Shown here: piece by piece, positions 10,162-19,635 of the stretch
Numbering within the stretch: position 1 is the stretch's first letter
Layout: every line of letters starts with the position of its first letter
Source: an uncultured Chloroflexia bacterium
Lineage (GTDB): Bacteria > Chloroflexota > Limnocylindria > Limnocylindrales > CSP1-4
DNA length: 64,000 bases
Assembly (NCBI GenBank): GCA_963814315.1
Contig: CAWFCG010000001.1
Span: 904,146 to 968,145, forward strand
Reading direction: 5' to 3'
Translations under genes and position numbers: made by a program
Notes under the pieces: generated by a model
Database searches by the model: none
What the model was told of the DNA's origin: nothing
Seen by the model: the letters and a program-made list of their open reading frames with translations, nothing else

Positions 10162-11486
10162 GACTGCACGGCACCGGCTAGTCGGATGGGTTGGCAGACA
10201 CCGGCGGGGCATTCGCCGCGGGTGATGTGGGCCTCGAACTCAGAGGCGAAGTATCGCATCCCACTCAGCAGCGGGTTGGAGGCGTCAGCCTCAAGTCCGC
10301 AGAGGGCGGCTGCGCGCACATCGGTGGCGAGGTCGCCCAGCAGATCGGCGTCAGAAGGTCGAGCGTGGCCGGAGCAGAAGCCCGCGCCCAGTTCTGCCAT
10401 GCGGCGCGTGCCGATGCGACAGGGGATGCTCTTGCCACAGGCGCTGTCGTTGAGGTAGCGCGTCATCAGGGTGGCCACATCGACGAGGCAGGCTCGCTCA
10501 TCGAGCACCAGCACGGTTCCGGAGCCGGCGAGGGCGCCCGCCTCACGCAAGGCTCCGTAGCTCAGCGCTGTGTCGAGGGCATCGGCGGGCAGAAAGCCGC
10601 CAGTGGGGCCGCCTACCAGCACGGCCTTCAGCGAACCCTGCACGAAGCCCCCGGGACCGTCGAGGATCTCGCCGATGGTGACGCCCAACGGCACCTCCAC
10701 GATGCCTGGCTTGCGCACGGCGCCACCCAACTGGATCAACGTGGTGCCGGGTGCCTCCGACGTACCCAACGAGGCATAGGCGCCGGCGCCGTGGCTGATG
10801 ATCCAGGGCACGGCCGCCAGCGTCTTGACGTTGTTGACGACGGTGGGCATGCCCCACAGGCCCGCGCGTGACGGATAGGGTGGGCGCTGGTCGGGCTGGG
10901 CACGGCGGTTCTCCAGTGCCCGCAGCATGACCGTCTCCTCGCCCACCACGAAGGAGCCGCTGACCTCCCGGACATCGACCTGCAGCGGCCAGCCGGTCGG
11001 GCTCGCCTCGGAGCCGATGTAGCCGCGCTCCTCAGCCTCCTCGATGGCCATCCGCAGCCGCTCTGCCGCGATCGACGAGGATGCGGCGACGGCGATGATG
11101 GCGTGTTCTGCTCGGACGGCCCAGGCGGCGACGGCCACGCCTTCCACGACCGCGTGTGGGTCCCGTTCCATCAGCGTGCGGTCGACTTGCGCCCCGGGGT
11201 CGGCCTCGAAGCCATTGGCCACGAGATAGCGACGCGTCTCTGGCTGGGTCGCACAATCTCGCCATTTGGGACCTGTGGGGTAGCCGGCCCCGCCGCGACC
11301 GCGCAGCCCTGACTCGGTCACCATGCTGATGACGGCTTCAGGCGTGAGTTCGGCGATGGCTTTGCGGTAGGCGGCCCAGGCCCCGCCCGCCTCGGCGGCC
11401 TGGAGATCCTCGACCTCGCCTTGAGCGGCGCGCGCCAGGAGGACGGAGGGCCAGTCGCGGACGCCGCTCAGGATGGGCAGGCTCAT
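10158..11486 (-). CDS. nuoF: NuoF/HydB-like FMN subunit (divergent)
   Basis: SGLRGRGGAGYPTGPKW, GEET, PTVVNNV, GGPTGG, CGKSIPC..C, C-terminal HI..ECPAGVC. Confidence 0.9.
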   Translation of the reverse strand: MSLPILSGVRDWPSVLLARAAQGEVEDLQAAEAGGAWAAYRKAIAELTPEAVISMVTESGLRGRGGAGYPTGPKWRDCATQPETRRYLVANGFEADPGAQVDRTLMERDPHAVVEGVAVAAWAVRAEHAIIAVAASSSIAAERLRMAIEEAEERGYIGSEASPTGWPLQVDVREVSGSFVVGEETVMLRALENRRAQPDQRPPYPSRAGLWGMPTVVNNVKTLAAVPWIISHGAGAYASLGTSEAPGTTLIQLGGAVRKPGIVEVPLGVTIGEILDGPGGFVQGSLKAVLVGGPTGGFLPADALDTALSYGALREAGALAGSGTVLVLDERACLVDVATLMTRYLNDSACGKSIPCRIGTRRMAELGAGFCSGHARPSDADLLGDLATDVRAAALCGLEADASNPLLSGMRYFASEFEAHITRGECPAGVCQPIRLAGAVQS

Positions 11487-12322
11487 GCGGCCTCCCCCTG
11501 TGGCACGCTGGCACGAAGGGCCGCGGCGATGGTGGCGGCATCCTGCGCGCTGGACTTCGGCAGCGCTTCACCATCGATCTCGACATAGGCGCTGCCGGAC
11601 GAGGTGCCATGGCAGTCGACCGTGCTCAGGCGCACCGCACCGTCGGGGCTCACGCCGCCGACCTCGCAGCCGAGATGCTCGCGGAAGGCGGCTAGCACGC
11701 GACCGCCGCCCAGCAGTGTGCACTGCGTGCAGCGACAGACGCGCACCACGTGGCCGACCGGCGGCTCGAAGTGCAGGTGCGGGTAGGAGGTAGCAGTGCC
11801 ATACAGCTCGGCGTACCAGGTGCCGGTCTGGTGGGCGATGTGCTGCAGCGCCGCCACCGGCAGATGCCCATAGGCGCCCTGGGTCTGCTCCAGGATGGCC
11901 AGGGCGTTGCGCGGCCGGTAGTCGTTGGCGGCCAGGATATCGTCGAGCGCTGCCAGGTCGATCAGCTCGAAAGGGTCGAAGGTGCGGTCCGGCACCGGTC
12001 GGCCGGAGCGGCGCAGGGCCAATTCCTCACGACGTTCGGCGTACTGTTCGGATGCTCCCCAGTGGACGTGGTAACGGTTGCGCGTATCGACGCCACCCAT
12101 GTCGATACACTCGATGGGGCAGGCCGCGGCACACTGGAAACAAGTCTCGCACTTGAGCGCGCCCGCTTCGTCATACAGCAGCACCAGACGGCCACGATGG
12201 CGCGGCGAGATATCGTTGACGACCTCTGGGTACTGCACCGTCACCTTGGGCCGGAACACCTGGCCGACAGCGAAGACTATGCCCCTGACGATGGACAGGC
12301 CGGGAATCCTGTCCGACCTCAC
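11483..12322 (-). CDS. Fusion: N-terminal half of NuoI + NuoE/HydC-like thioredoxin-fold [2Fe-2S] domain
   Basis: GTG at 12322 overlaps the nuoH stop (GTGA), with AAGGA upstream. NuoI part: VTVQYPE..PRHRGR..G..KCETCFQCAAACP. NuoE part: ILEQTQ..YGHLP..ELYGTATSY..VRVCRCTQC..G..DG...VDCHG. Confidence 0.88.
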   Translation of the reverse strand: MRSDRIPGLSIVRGIVFAVGQVFRPKVTVQYPEVVNDISPRHRGRLVLLYDEAGALKCETCFQCAAACPIECIDMGGVDTRNRYHVHWGASEQYAERREELALRRSGRPVPDRTFDPFELIDLAALDDILAANDYRPRNALAILEQTQGAYGHLPVAALQHIAHQTGTWYAELYGTATSYPHLHFEPPVGHVVRVCRCTQCTLLGGGRVLAAFREHLGCEVGGVSPDGAVRLSTVDCHGTSSGSAYVEIDGEALPKSSAQDAATIAAALRASVPQGEAA

Positions 12323-13713
12323 GAGAGATATTCCTTGATGATGATGATGGCCGCCGCCGTGACGAAGATGTTCAGCAGCGCCGCCGGCATCAACCACTTC
12401 CAGGCGAAGTTCATCATCTGGTCGATGCGGACGCGCGGGTAGGTCGCGCGCATGAGCACGAACAGCGCCACCAGCAGGAACGACTTGCCCAGGAACCAGA
12501 TGATGCCCATCAGGGCCTCGAAGCTGAAGAGCGCCCAGATGCTCACAGTCCCCATCAGCAGCAGGTTGGCCAGCACGAAGCCGACCAGCAGCGACTTGAT
12601 GAAGCCCCAGGAGGACTTGACCATCCAGAGCAGTGCCGTCAACGCCAGCGTCAGGCCGGCCGGCACCAGCAGTGGGATGGCCAGCAGCCACGATCCCAAT
12701 GAGCCAGGGTCGATGGCGGCCGCATCGACCGGTGTGGTGATCCCCAGGACACCCAGCAACGGATCGATGTCGAACAGGCCGTGGGGACCGCCCAGGAACA
12801 GCGTCACCGTCAGCGCCGAGAGGATGAAGACGTTCACGTACTCGGCGAAGAAGAAGAAGCCGAAGCGCATGCCGCTGTACTCGGTGGCAAAGCCGGCCAC
12901 CAGCTCCGAGTCGGCTTCGGTGTAGTCGAATGGTGTTCGGCCGGCCTCAGCAGTGGCGGCGATGAAGAAGATGATCAGCGCCAGCGGCTGCTGCCAGGCG
13001 TACCAGGCGAGGATGCCGCCTGACTGGTTCTCGATGATCTGGCCGAGGTTGAGCGTGCCGGCCAGCAGGACCACACCCATGACGCCAAGGATCAGCGGCA
13101 GCTCGTAGCTGATGACGGCGGCCGCGGCGCGCATGCCGCCCAGCAGCGAGTACTTGTTGTAGCTGGCCCAGCCGGCCATCATCAGGCCCACCACACCCAG
13201 CCCGCCGACGGCGAAGAAGTAGAGCAGGCCCAGTTCCATCTCGTAGCCGACCATGCCCGGCGCGAAGGGGATCACCAGCAGCGTCAGCACCGAGGCCAGG
13301 AAGGCCACCGCGGGCGCCAGCGTGAAGACCGGAATGTCCACGCCGCGGGGCGTGTAGTCCTCCTTGGACAGTACCTTGAGACCGGCCATGGTCGAGGCCA
13401 GTGTGCCCCACGGCCCGGTGCGGTTGGGGCCGATGCGCAGGTTCATCATGGCGATGATCTTCAGCTCCATGAAGATGATCACGAACGCTGCTGGGACCGT
13501 GAACAACAGGATGCCGGTGGCAGCGGCGATGAAGCGCAGGATCTCGAAGTTATCCTGAGCGGTGTCGATCAGCCAGCCGGTCACCCAGGGTCCGACCCCG
13601 ATGATCCACAAGACCGCGCCGGCCACGGCCACGATGGTGATCAGCGCGATGAGTGGCAGCAGGAGCTTGCCGCCCAGACTGAGCCTGTTCCAGGAGTTGT
13701 TGGCGGCACTCAC
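12319..13713 (-). CDS. nuoH: NADH-quinone oxidoreductase subunit H (enlarged, 464 aa)
   Basis: RIGPNRTGPWG, NKYSLLGGMR, ISYE, RTPFD..EADSELVAGFATEYSG, RATYPRVRIDQ. Confidence 0.96.
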   Translation of the reverse strand: MSAANNSWNRLSLGGKLLLPLIALITIVAVAGAVLWIIGVGPWVTGWLIDTAQDNFEILRFIAAATGILLFTVPAAFVIIFMELKIIAMMNLRIGPNRTGPWGTLASTMAGLKVLSKEDYTPRGVDIPVFTLAPAVAFLASVLTLLVIPFAPGMVGYEMELGLLYFFAVGGLGVVGLMMAGWASYNKYSLLGGMRAAAAVISYELPLILGVMGVVLLAGTLNLGQIIENQSGGILAWYAWQQPLALIIFFIAATAEAGRTPFDYTEADSELVAGFATEYSGMRFGFFFFAEYVNVFILSALTVTLFLGGPHGLFDIDPLLGVLGITTPVDAAAIDPGSLGSWLLAIPLLVPAGLTLALTALLWMVKSSWGFIKSLLVGFVLANLLLMGTVSIWALFSFEALMGIIWFLGKSFLLVALFVLMRATYPRVRIDQMMNFAWKWLMPAALLNIFVTAAAIIIIKEYLS

Positions 13714-14933
13714 TTGTCGATCCCACCCATGACCGGGTCCAGGCTGGCCATGATGGCCATGATGTCCGCGATCAGGTGGCCACGAGTCAGGTCACCCACG
13801 GCCTGCAGGTTGAAGTACGAAGGGTCATGGATGCGGAAGCGGAAGGGTTGGTCGGAGCCGTCGCTGATGGCGTACGAGGCGTACTGACCGCGCGGTGACT
13901 CGAGCGCGGCGAAGGCGCGTCCAGGGGGTACTCGGATGAGGCGCGGCAGCTTGGCCATGACCGGGCCGTCGGGAATCTGGTCCAACACCTGATCGATGAT
14001 CCGCAGGGACTGCTTGATCTCCTCGATGTGCAACAGGTAGCGCGCGTAGGAGTCGCCATCGGTTCGCGTGGGCACGTCGAAGTCGAGCTCCGGGTAGACG
14101 CTGTAGGGATGCGCGCGGCGCACGTCGTATGGCACACCCGTGGCCCTCAAGGGTGGTCCGCTCATGCCGAAGCGCAGCGCAGTAGCCCGGTCGAGCACGC
14201 CCAGGCCCTTGGTGCGATTGACGAAGATCTCGTTCTCGTTGAGCAGCTTCGCTTGCGAGTCGATCAGCTGGCCGGCGCGACTCATCCAATCGCCCAGGCG
14301 GCTCATGAAGTCGTGGTTGAGGTCGCCGTTTACGCCGCCGATGCGCAGGTAGTTGAAGAGCAGCTTCTGGCCCGTCAGCGCGGCCAGCATCTCCACGATC
14401 TCGTCGCGTTCGGCAAAGCCATAGAGGATCGGCGTGATGCCGCCCAGGTCGAGCGCCAGCCATCCGATGAAGAGCGCGTGGCTAGCGATGCGGTTGAGCT
14501 CCCAGGCCAGCACTCGGATGTAGTCGGCACGCCGGGGCACCGCCAGGTCCAGCAGCTTCTCCGCGGTCAGCACCGGCAGCGCTTCGCTGAACATGGAGGC
14601 GACGTATTCGAGCGGGTCGCAGTTGCTGATGGCGTGATGCCAGTCGCCGTGCTCGCAGATCTTCTCCACGCCGCGATGGAGGTAGCCCAGCACGGGATCA
14701 AGGTCGACCACCTTCTCACCGTCGATCTTGAGCACCACGCGGAGCACGCCGTGGGTGGAGGGGTGCTGCGGGCCCAGGTTGAGGAACATCTGGCCGTCCT
14801 CAAGCTGGTAGAACTCGGCCTCGCGCTCGGTGCGTGGCGTCAGCGGCGGGATAGCGTCGTAGATGGTGGCTGGGGTCTGCACCAGCACATCCGGATCGTC
14901 GAGGGAGGGGATGCTCTCGCGGTCGGTCGTCAT
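13710..14933 (-). CDS. nuoD: NADH-quinone oxidoreductase subunit D
   Basis: [36 protein letters not shown]. Confidence 0.96.
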   Translation of the reverse strand: MTTDRESIPSLDDPDVLVQTPATIYDAIPPLTPRTEREAEFYQLEDGQMFLNLGPQHPSTHGVLRVVLKIDGEKVVDLDPVLGYLHRGVEKICEHGDWHHAISNCDPLEYVASMFSEALPVLTAEKLLDLAVPRRADYIRVLAWELNRIASHALFIGWLALDLGGITPILYGFAERDEIVEMLAALTGQKLLFNYLRIGGVNGDLNHDFMSRLGDWMSRAGQLIDSQAKLLNENEIFVNRTKGLGVLDRATALRFGMSGPPLRATGVPYDVRRAHPYSVYPELDFDVPTRTDGDSYARYLLHIEEIKQSLRIIDQVLDQIPDGPVMAKLPRLIRVPPGRAFAALESPRGQYASYAISDGSDQPFRFRIHDPSYFNLQAVGDLTRGHLIADIMAIMASLDPVMGGIDK

Positions 14934-15562
14934 GCCGGCGCCCCACCCTCGCCAAGCGCGCCCTTGTCGACCGAGCCACTCGCGGCGATGACCAGGCGCT
15001 CGCCGTCAGGCCCGATCACGGCGCCCGCCCCCGGGCTGGTGCGGATGACCGGGTCACGACGCACGTCGCCGGGTGCGAACGGAGTCTCCATGTGGCGGAT
15101 GCCTTCGCCCGGCGCACGCGAGGCGTCATCGGGCATGGCGAAGTCCTTGCGCAGCGGGAAGGCCAAGTAGTCGGGCGGCATGTAGATGCGCCGCAGGTCC
15201 CGGTTGCCCTCGAACTCGATGCCGAACATGTCATAGGCCTCGCGTTCGGCCCACTCGGCTCCTGGCCACAGGAAGGTGACCGACGGCACTCGCGGATCAT
15301 CGCGGGAGAGCCCATCGGCGATGACCCGTAGCCAGTCGGAGCTCAGGGGTGACCACAGGTGGTAGACCACCTGCATGGTCACGCCGGTGTCTACGCCGCA
15401 CATGTCTGCCAGCAGCTCGAATCGCAGGTCGCCGTCCTCGCGCACGGTACGCATGAGCGTAGGCAGCGAGGCCGGCCACGTGACCAGCTCGATGGTGTCT
15501 CCCATGGCCTCTGCGGGCACCACCAGATGATCGCCGAGGCGGTCATCGAGCTGGCGGAGCAT
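14930..15562 (-). CDS. nuoC: NADH-quinone oxidoreductase subunit C
   Basis: [27 protein letters not shown]. Confidence 0.94.
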   Translation of the reverse strand: MLRQLDDRLGDHLVVPAEAMGDTIELVTWPASLPTLMRTVREDGDLRFELLADMCGVDTGVTMQVVYHLWSPLSSDWLRVIADGLSRDDPRVPSVTFLWPGAEWAEREAYDMFGIEFEGNRDLRRIYMPPDYLAFPLRKDFAMPDDASRAPGEGIRHMETPFAPGDVRRDPVIRTSPGAGAVIGPDGERLVIAASGSVDKGALGEGGAPA

Positions 15563-15590
15563 GCGCGTATCCGTGGTCGGGCTCCTCTCG

Positions 15591-16280
15591 CTAGACGCCG
15601 TCAGGGACGGCGGGGCCGACCCGGCGGTCGTTCCATTGGCCGCGACGTTCCAGGATGGCCTGCTGCAGCTTCAGCATGCCGTAGATGAGGCCCTCCGGCC
15701 GGGGTGGGCAGCCGGGCACATAGACATCCACGGGCAGGAGCCGGTCGATGCCTTCGACGGTGGCGTAGGAACGCTTGTAGCGGCCGCCCGAACAGGTGCA
15801 ATCGCCCATGGCCACGCACCATTTGGGCTCCGGCATCTGCTCCCATAGGCGAACCAGCGGCCCCGCCATCTTGGTCGTCAGCGTGCCGGCCACGATGAGC
15901 ACATCAGCCTGCCGCGGACTGGCCCGGAAGGGGAACATGTTGAAGCGGTCCATGTCGTTGACGGGGGTTGCGGCCGACATCATCTCCATGGCGCAGCAGG
16001 CCAGCCCCGAGAGCAGCGGCCAGAGGCTGTTGGCACGTAAGTAGTCGAGCAGCAGATCAGCATGGGTGGGGATGACGTCGAGAGCGCCCCAGCGTCCGTC
16101 ATCACCCTTGTCGGCCAGCTCGAGCTGCTTGAGATGATCGATGGTGGCGGGTTGGCCGCTGTAAGCGTCGGGGTCGGCTGGCGTCCAGGTGGTATTGGGC
16201 AGCACGATGGTGCCGGGCCTCCTGTCGCTGGTGGCGACAGCCGTCACGTCGGCAGCCGCACCACGTTTCTTCAGCGCCAC
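15591..16280 (-). CDS. nuoB: NADH-quinone oxidoreductase subunit B
   Basis: [33 protein letters not shown] (N2 ligands intact). Confidence 0.97.
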   Translation of the reverse strand: MALKKRGAAADVTAVATSDRRPGTIVLPNTTWTPADPDAYSGQPATIDHLKQLELADKGDDGRWGALDVIPTHADLLLDYLRANSLWPLLSGLACCAMEMMSAATPVNDMDRFNMFPFRASPRQADVLIVAGTLTTKMAGPLVRLWEQMPEPKWCVAMGDCTCSGGRYKRSYATVEGIDRLLPVDVYVPGCPPRPEGLIYGMLKLQQAILERRGQWNDRRVGPAVPDGV

Positions 16281-16630
16281 GTCAGCAGGCCCTTGCGCGC
16301 GGCGTACAGCACTGACAGCTCCATGATCCCGACGAAGAGGAGCATGCCCAGGAAGCCGCCCAGCAGCAGGTCATCGAAGACCAGCGCCCACAGCGCGATG
16401 AGCACCACCTCGATGTCGAAGGCCACGAACAGCAGGGCGTACAGGTAGAAGGACAGGCCGAAACGGCCATGCGTATCGCCGTATGTGTCGATGCCCGACT
16501 CGTAGGGCAGGCCTTTGTGCCCATCACCCTTGCGGCGGTGTGTGATGAGCCACGACAGGCCGATGGTGAGGAACACGAAGCTGATGCCGGCGATAGCGAA
16601 GCCGATGACGTACCAGAGCGGAGCGGTCAA
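16271..16630 (-). CDS. nuoA: NADH-quinone oxidoreductase subunit A
   Basis: PYESG, FYLYALLFVAFDIE; TTG start after AAGGA. Confidence 0.94.
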   Translation of the reverse strand: MTAPLWYVIGFAIAGISFVFLTIGLSWLITHRRKGDGHKGLPYESGIDTYGDTHGRFGLSFYLYALLFVAFDIEVVLIALWALVFDDLLLGGFLGMLLFVGIMELSVLYAARKGLLTWR

Positions 16631-16752
16631 TGACGGTTCCTTAGCGTGAGCCGCGTTTACAGATGTGCCCGAACGCCCGAAGCCATCGCCGCGGGAATGT
16701 TGCGGGCGCAGGTGGATGTTACCGCAGGCGGCAGTGCGGCTGGATGTGCATC

Positions 16753-17370
16753 ATGGTCGGTATGGACGGGTCCGAGCTCGCCTTCATCGGTCTTGGTGCC
16801 AATGTCGGAGAGGCACGCATATCGCTGGAACGGGCCGTGGTGGCCCTGGCCGACCTGGCCGGTGTGTCGCTGACCGGGGTGTCTCGACTCTACCGGACGC
16901 GTCCTGTCGGGCCGGTGGCACAAGACGATTTCCTCAACGCGGTGGTCGGCTTGGAGGTGCCCGCCGGTGTCACCCCGGAGGCCGGTGCGAGGGCGTTGCT
17001 CGGCATTCTCAAGGGCCTGGAGCGTTCCATGGGTCGAGTGGAGCGCGAGCGTTGGGGGCCGCGGGAGGTCGATCTCGACCTGCTGCTGATCGGCGATCAC
17101 GCCGTTCGCGTGGAGCGGGACGAGGCTGCAAGGAGTGCCGATCCGGCGCGCAGCGGCGTCCAGTGGCTGGAGGTGCCACACCCATCGGCTCGGGAGCGGC
17201 TGTTCGTGCTGGCGCCGCTGGCTGACCTGGCGCCAGACCTGGTGCCGCCCGGCTGGGACGAGTCGGTGGCGGCGGCACGCGAGCGGGCGCTGACGGCGGA
17301 GGGCTCCGATGCCGTCTCGGTCGTCGCGGAGTGGGACGATGTGGCCAGCCGCTGGAGAGACGTGGAGTAG
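16753..17370 (+). CDS. folK: HPPK (2-amino-4-hydroxy-6-hydroxymethyldihydropteridine diphosphokinase)
   Basis: AFIGLGANVG, SRLYRT, QDDFLNAV, RWGPREVDLDLL, PHP..ERLFVLAPL; start at 16753 or 16762. Confidence 0.92.
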   Translation: MVGMDGSELAFIGLGANVGEARISLERAVVALADLAGVSLTGVSRLYRTRPVGPVAQDDFLNAVVGLEVPAGVTPEAGARALLGILKGLERSMGRVERERWGPREVDLDLLLIGDHAVRVERDEAARSADPARSGVQWLEVPHPSARERLFVLAPLADLAPDLVPPGWDESVAAARERALTAEGSDAVSVVAEWDDVASRWRDVE

Positions 17371-17398
17371 CCCGTGTCGCCCGCTGGGAGGCAGGGCC

Positions 17399-18946
17399 TC
17401 AGTGGCGGAAGTGGCGCCGCCCCGTGAAGACCATGGCCATGTGGTGGCGATCGGCGATCTCGACTGCCATCTCGTCGCGCACCGAGCCGCCTGGCTGGAT
17501 GATGGCGGTCACGCCCCGCTCTGCGGCCAGCGCGATGGCATCGCCGAAGGGGAAGTAGGCGTCGGATGCCAGCACCGCCCGGGCGGTGCGGTCGGCCGCG
17601 CGATGCAGCGCGATCTCGGTCGCCGTCAGGCGGCTCGGCTGGCCGGCGCCCACACCCACCAGCTGGGCGCCACGCGCCACCACCACAGCCAGGCTGGTGA
17701 CGTGGCGCACGGCACGCCAGGCGAACATCAGGTCGGTGAGCTCATCGAGCGTCGGCCGGCGCCGTGTGACCACGTTCAGCTGGGCGTGGTCGATGTCCAG
17801 CGTGTCCTTCGTCTCCACCAGCAGGCCACCTTCGATGCGGTGGAAGTCCAGCTCGGCGATGCCGTAGTCGGCCATGCCATCTCGTGGCGGCAAGGGCACC
17901 TTCAACGCCGCCAACGCGGGGCGGCCTCCGAGCACCGCACGAGCACCCTCGGAATACGCTGGCGCTGCCACACCCTCGAAGGGATTGAGCACCAGCTCCC
18001 GCGCGATGGCCTCATCCACCTCGCGGTTGAAGGCCACGACCGCGCCGTAGGCGGTCACCGGATCGCCGGCCAATGCGCGTCGGTAGGCCTCTCGTGCCTC
18101 ATCGTGTGAGGCCAGGCCCACCGGCGTGCGCTGCTTGGTGATGGCGCAGGTCGGCGAGGCGAAGTCTGAGGCCATGCGGTAGGCGGCGTCGAGATCGATG
18201 AGATCGTTGAAGGTCGGCTCGGGACCTTGGATCGGTTCGGCGTCGGCCAACGATCGCGTGCGGTGGGTGGTCTCGCGGTAGAACGCAGCGCGCTGATGGG
18301 GGTTCTCGCCGTAGGGCAGGTCGCGTTCCTTGCGCAGCACGATGCTGAACTGCTCCGGGAAGCGGATGCCGGCGATGTGGTCGAGATACGCCGCCACCTC
18401 GCCGTGATACGCGGCCACCCGCGCGAAGGCCTTGGCCGCCAGACGCTGGCGAACGTCCGCCGACACCGCCCCATGCCGGTGGATCTCCTCAACAAGTATC
18501 GGGTAGTCGGCCGGATCACAGACTGCCGCCACGCCACCGAAGTTTCGAGCCGCCGCGCCCAGGAGGGACAGGCCCGCGACATCGATCATCTCGACCGCCT
18601 CGTCGATGGCCACCACCCGACCCTCGACCTGCGGCGTGAACGGCCGGAGGCAGACGACCACGATATCGATGGCGCCGATGGCATGCTCGGCAAGGCTCGC
18701 GGTGTCGGCCCGGTCGTGACGGCGTGCCAGGATGCCAGCGTAGATCTCGGGGTGGTAGGTCGTGACCTGCCCACCGATAAGCCCGGACCCATCGGTCAGT
18801 TCGGAGACGGCGGCGACCTCGATGCCGCCGTCGGACAGAGTCGCACGCGTGCCATCGGTGGCGTAGACCTCGACCGCCTGGTCACGCAGCTCACGCGCCA
18901 GATCGCAGATCCCGGCACGGTCCGCGACCGAGAGCAGGGCTCGCAC
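17399..18946 (-). CDS. purH: PurH-like bifunctional protein (AICAR transformylase/IMP cyclohydrolase fold) with substituted active-site residues
   Basis: RALLSV, YGENPHQ, ASDAYFPF, IIQPGGSVRD, MVFTGRRHFRH; catalytic motifs diverged (see findings). Confidence 0.85.
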   Translation of the reverse strand: MRALLSVADRAGICDLARELRDQAVEVYATDGTRATLSDGGIEVAAVSELTDGSGLIGGQVTTYHPEIYAGILARRHDRADTASLAEHAIGAIDIVVVCLRPFTPQVEGRVVAIDEAVEMIDVAGLSLLGAAARNFGGVAAVCDPADYPILVEEIHRHGAVSADVRQRLAAKAFARVAAYHGEVAAYLDHIAGIRFPEQFSIVLRKERDLPYGENPHQRAAFYRETTHRTRSLADAEPIQGPEPTFNDLIDLDAAYRMASDFASPTCAITKQRTPVGLASHDEAREAYRRALAGDPVTAYGAVVAFNREVDEAIARELVLNPFEGVAAPAYSEGARAVLGGRPALAALKVPLPPRDGMADYGIAELDFHRIEGGLLVETKDTLDIDHAQLNVVTRRRPTLDELTDLMFAWRAVRHVTSLAVVVARGAQLVGVGAGQPSRLTATEIALHRAADRTARAVLASDAYFPFGDAIALAAERGVTAIIQPGGSVRDEMAVEIADRHHMAMVFTGRRHFRH

Positions 18947-19144
18947 TCGGTGCTTTCCTCCCTAGCCTCGCGCGAGCTTGAAGCAGTGTGCGCGGGAGCC
19001 CGAGTATATCGGTGCCGCGCTTGGCTACCCGGTGTGGCGGTCAGCGGCTCGACACGGAGCTCAGCTACTCCACATTGCGCCGGCAACCGGCTCGTCGCTC
19101 GACGACGATGCGAGGCCGCTGGTGACTTTGCTACTCTCGGGGCT

Positions 19145-19606
19145 GTGAACCAAGACTTCGTCGGCTCGTTGTTCCTCCGTGGCGGCTTCAGCCCGGATAA
19201 CTTCCCCGATCTCTTCTATCCCGTCTCGGTGGCGGCGCTGGTCTTCCTGATCGCCACCATCGTGCTCTACAACGTGCAGACCCGGCGGCTCCACCGCCAT
19301 CCGCCATTGGTCGCGCTGCAGGAGTGGCTGTTCTGGACGGGACTGGCGCTCTTCGGCCTGCTGTTGGTCTATGCCACCTTCAAGTTCTACTTCGTCTTCG
19401 TCCTGATCACGCTCGTGATTGGCATCGGAACCATGATCTGGATTCGCTTCTTCCGCTTCCCGCCGCTCATCTCCGCCTACAACCGGGTGCTGCGGCGGGA
19501 GCAGTACCTGAGCCAGAAGCGCTACGCCACACCGGAAGCGACCATCCGAGCCAAGGGCGGAAAGGCACGCCCCAAGACCAAGCCCAAGGCCAAGAAGAAG
19601 CGCTGA
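19145..19606 (+). CDS. Hypothetical membrane protein (3 TM helices, basic C-terminus)
   Basis: GTG at 19145; hydrophobic segments and GC3-biased codons; the upstream part of the track ORF is a purH antisense shadow. Confidence 0.7.
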   Translation: MNQDFVGSLFLRGGFSPDNFPDLFYPVSVAALVFLIATIVLYNVQTRRLHRHPPLVALQEWLFWTGLALFGLLLVYATFKFYFVFVLITLVIGIGTMIWIRFFRFPPLISAYNRVLRREQYLSQKRYATPEATIRAKGGKARPKTKPKAKKKR

Positions 19607-19635
19607 CCGCGCTGACCAGAGGCTGACCCAAGGTC

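Noticed and set aside
7567-12322. Split nuoI as a frameshift or ORF-calling artefact
   Set aside because: The halves are over 4 kb apart, each fused in frame to a different complete domain, with all eight Cys retained and overlapping start/stop codons throughout.
18227-19144. Long N-terminal extension of the 459-aa track ORF, and other long overlapping ORFs (e.g. 8155-9435, 29483-30412, 32291-33361, 49249-50721)
   Set aside because: Antisense or off-frame shadows of recognisable genes, expected at this GC content; no motifs of their own.
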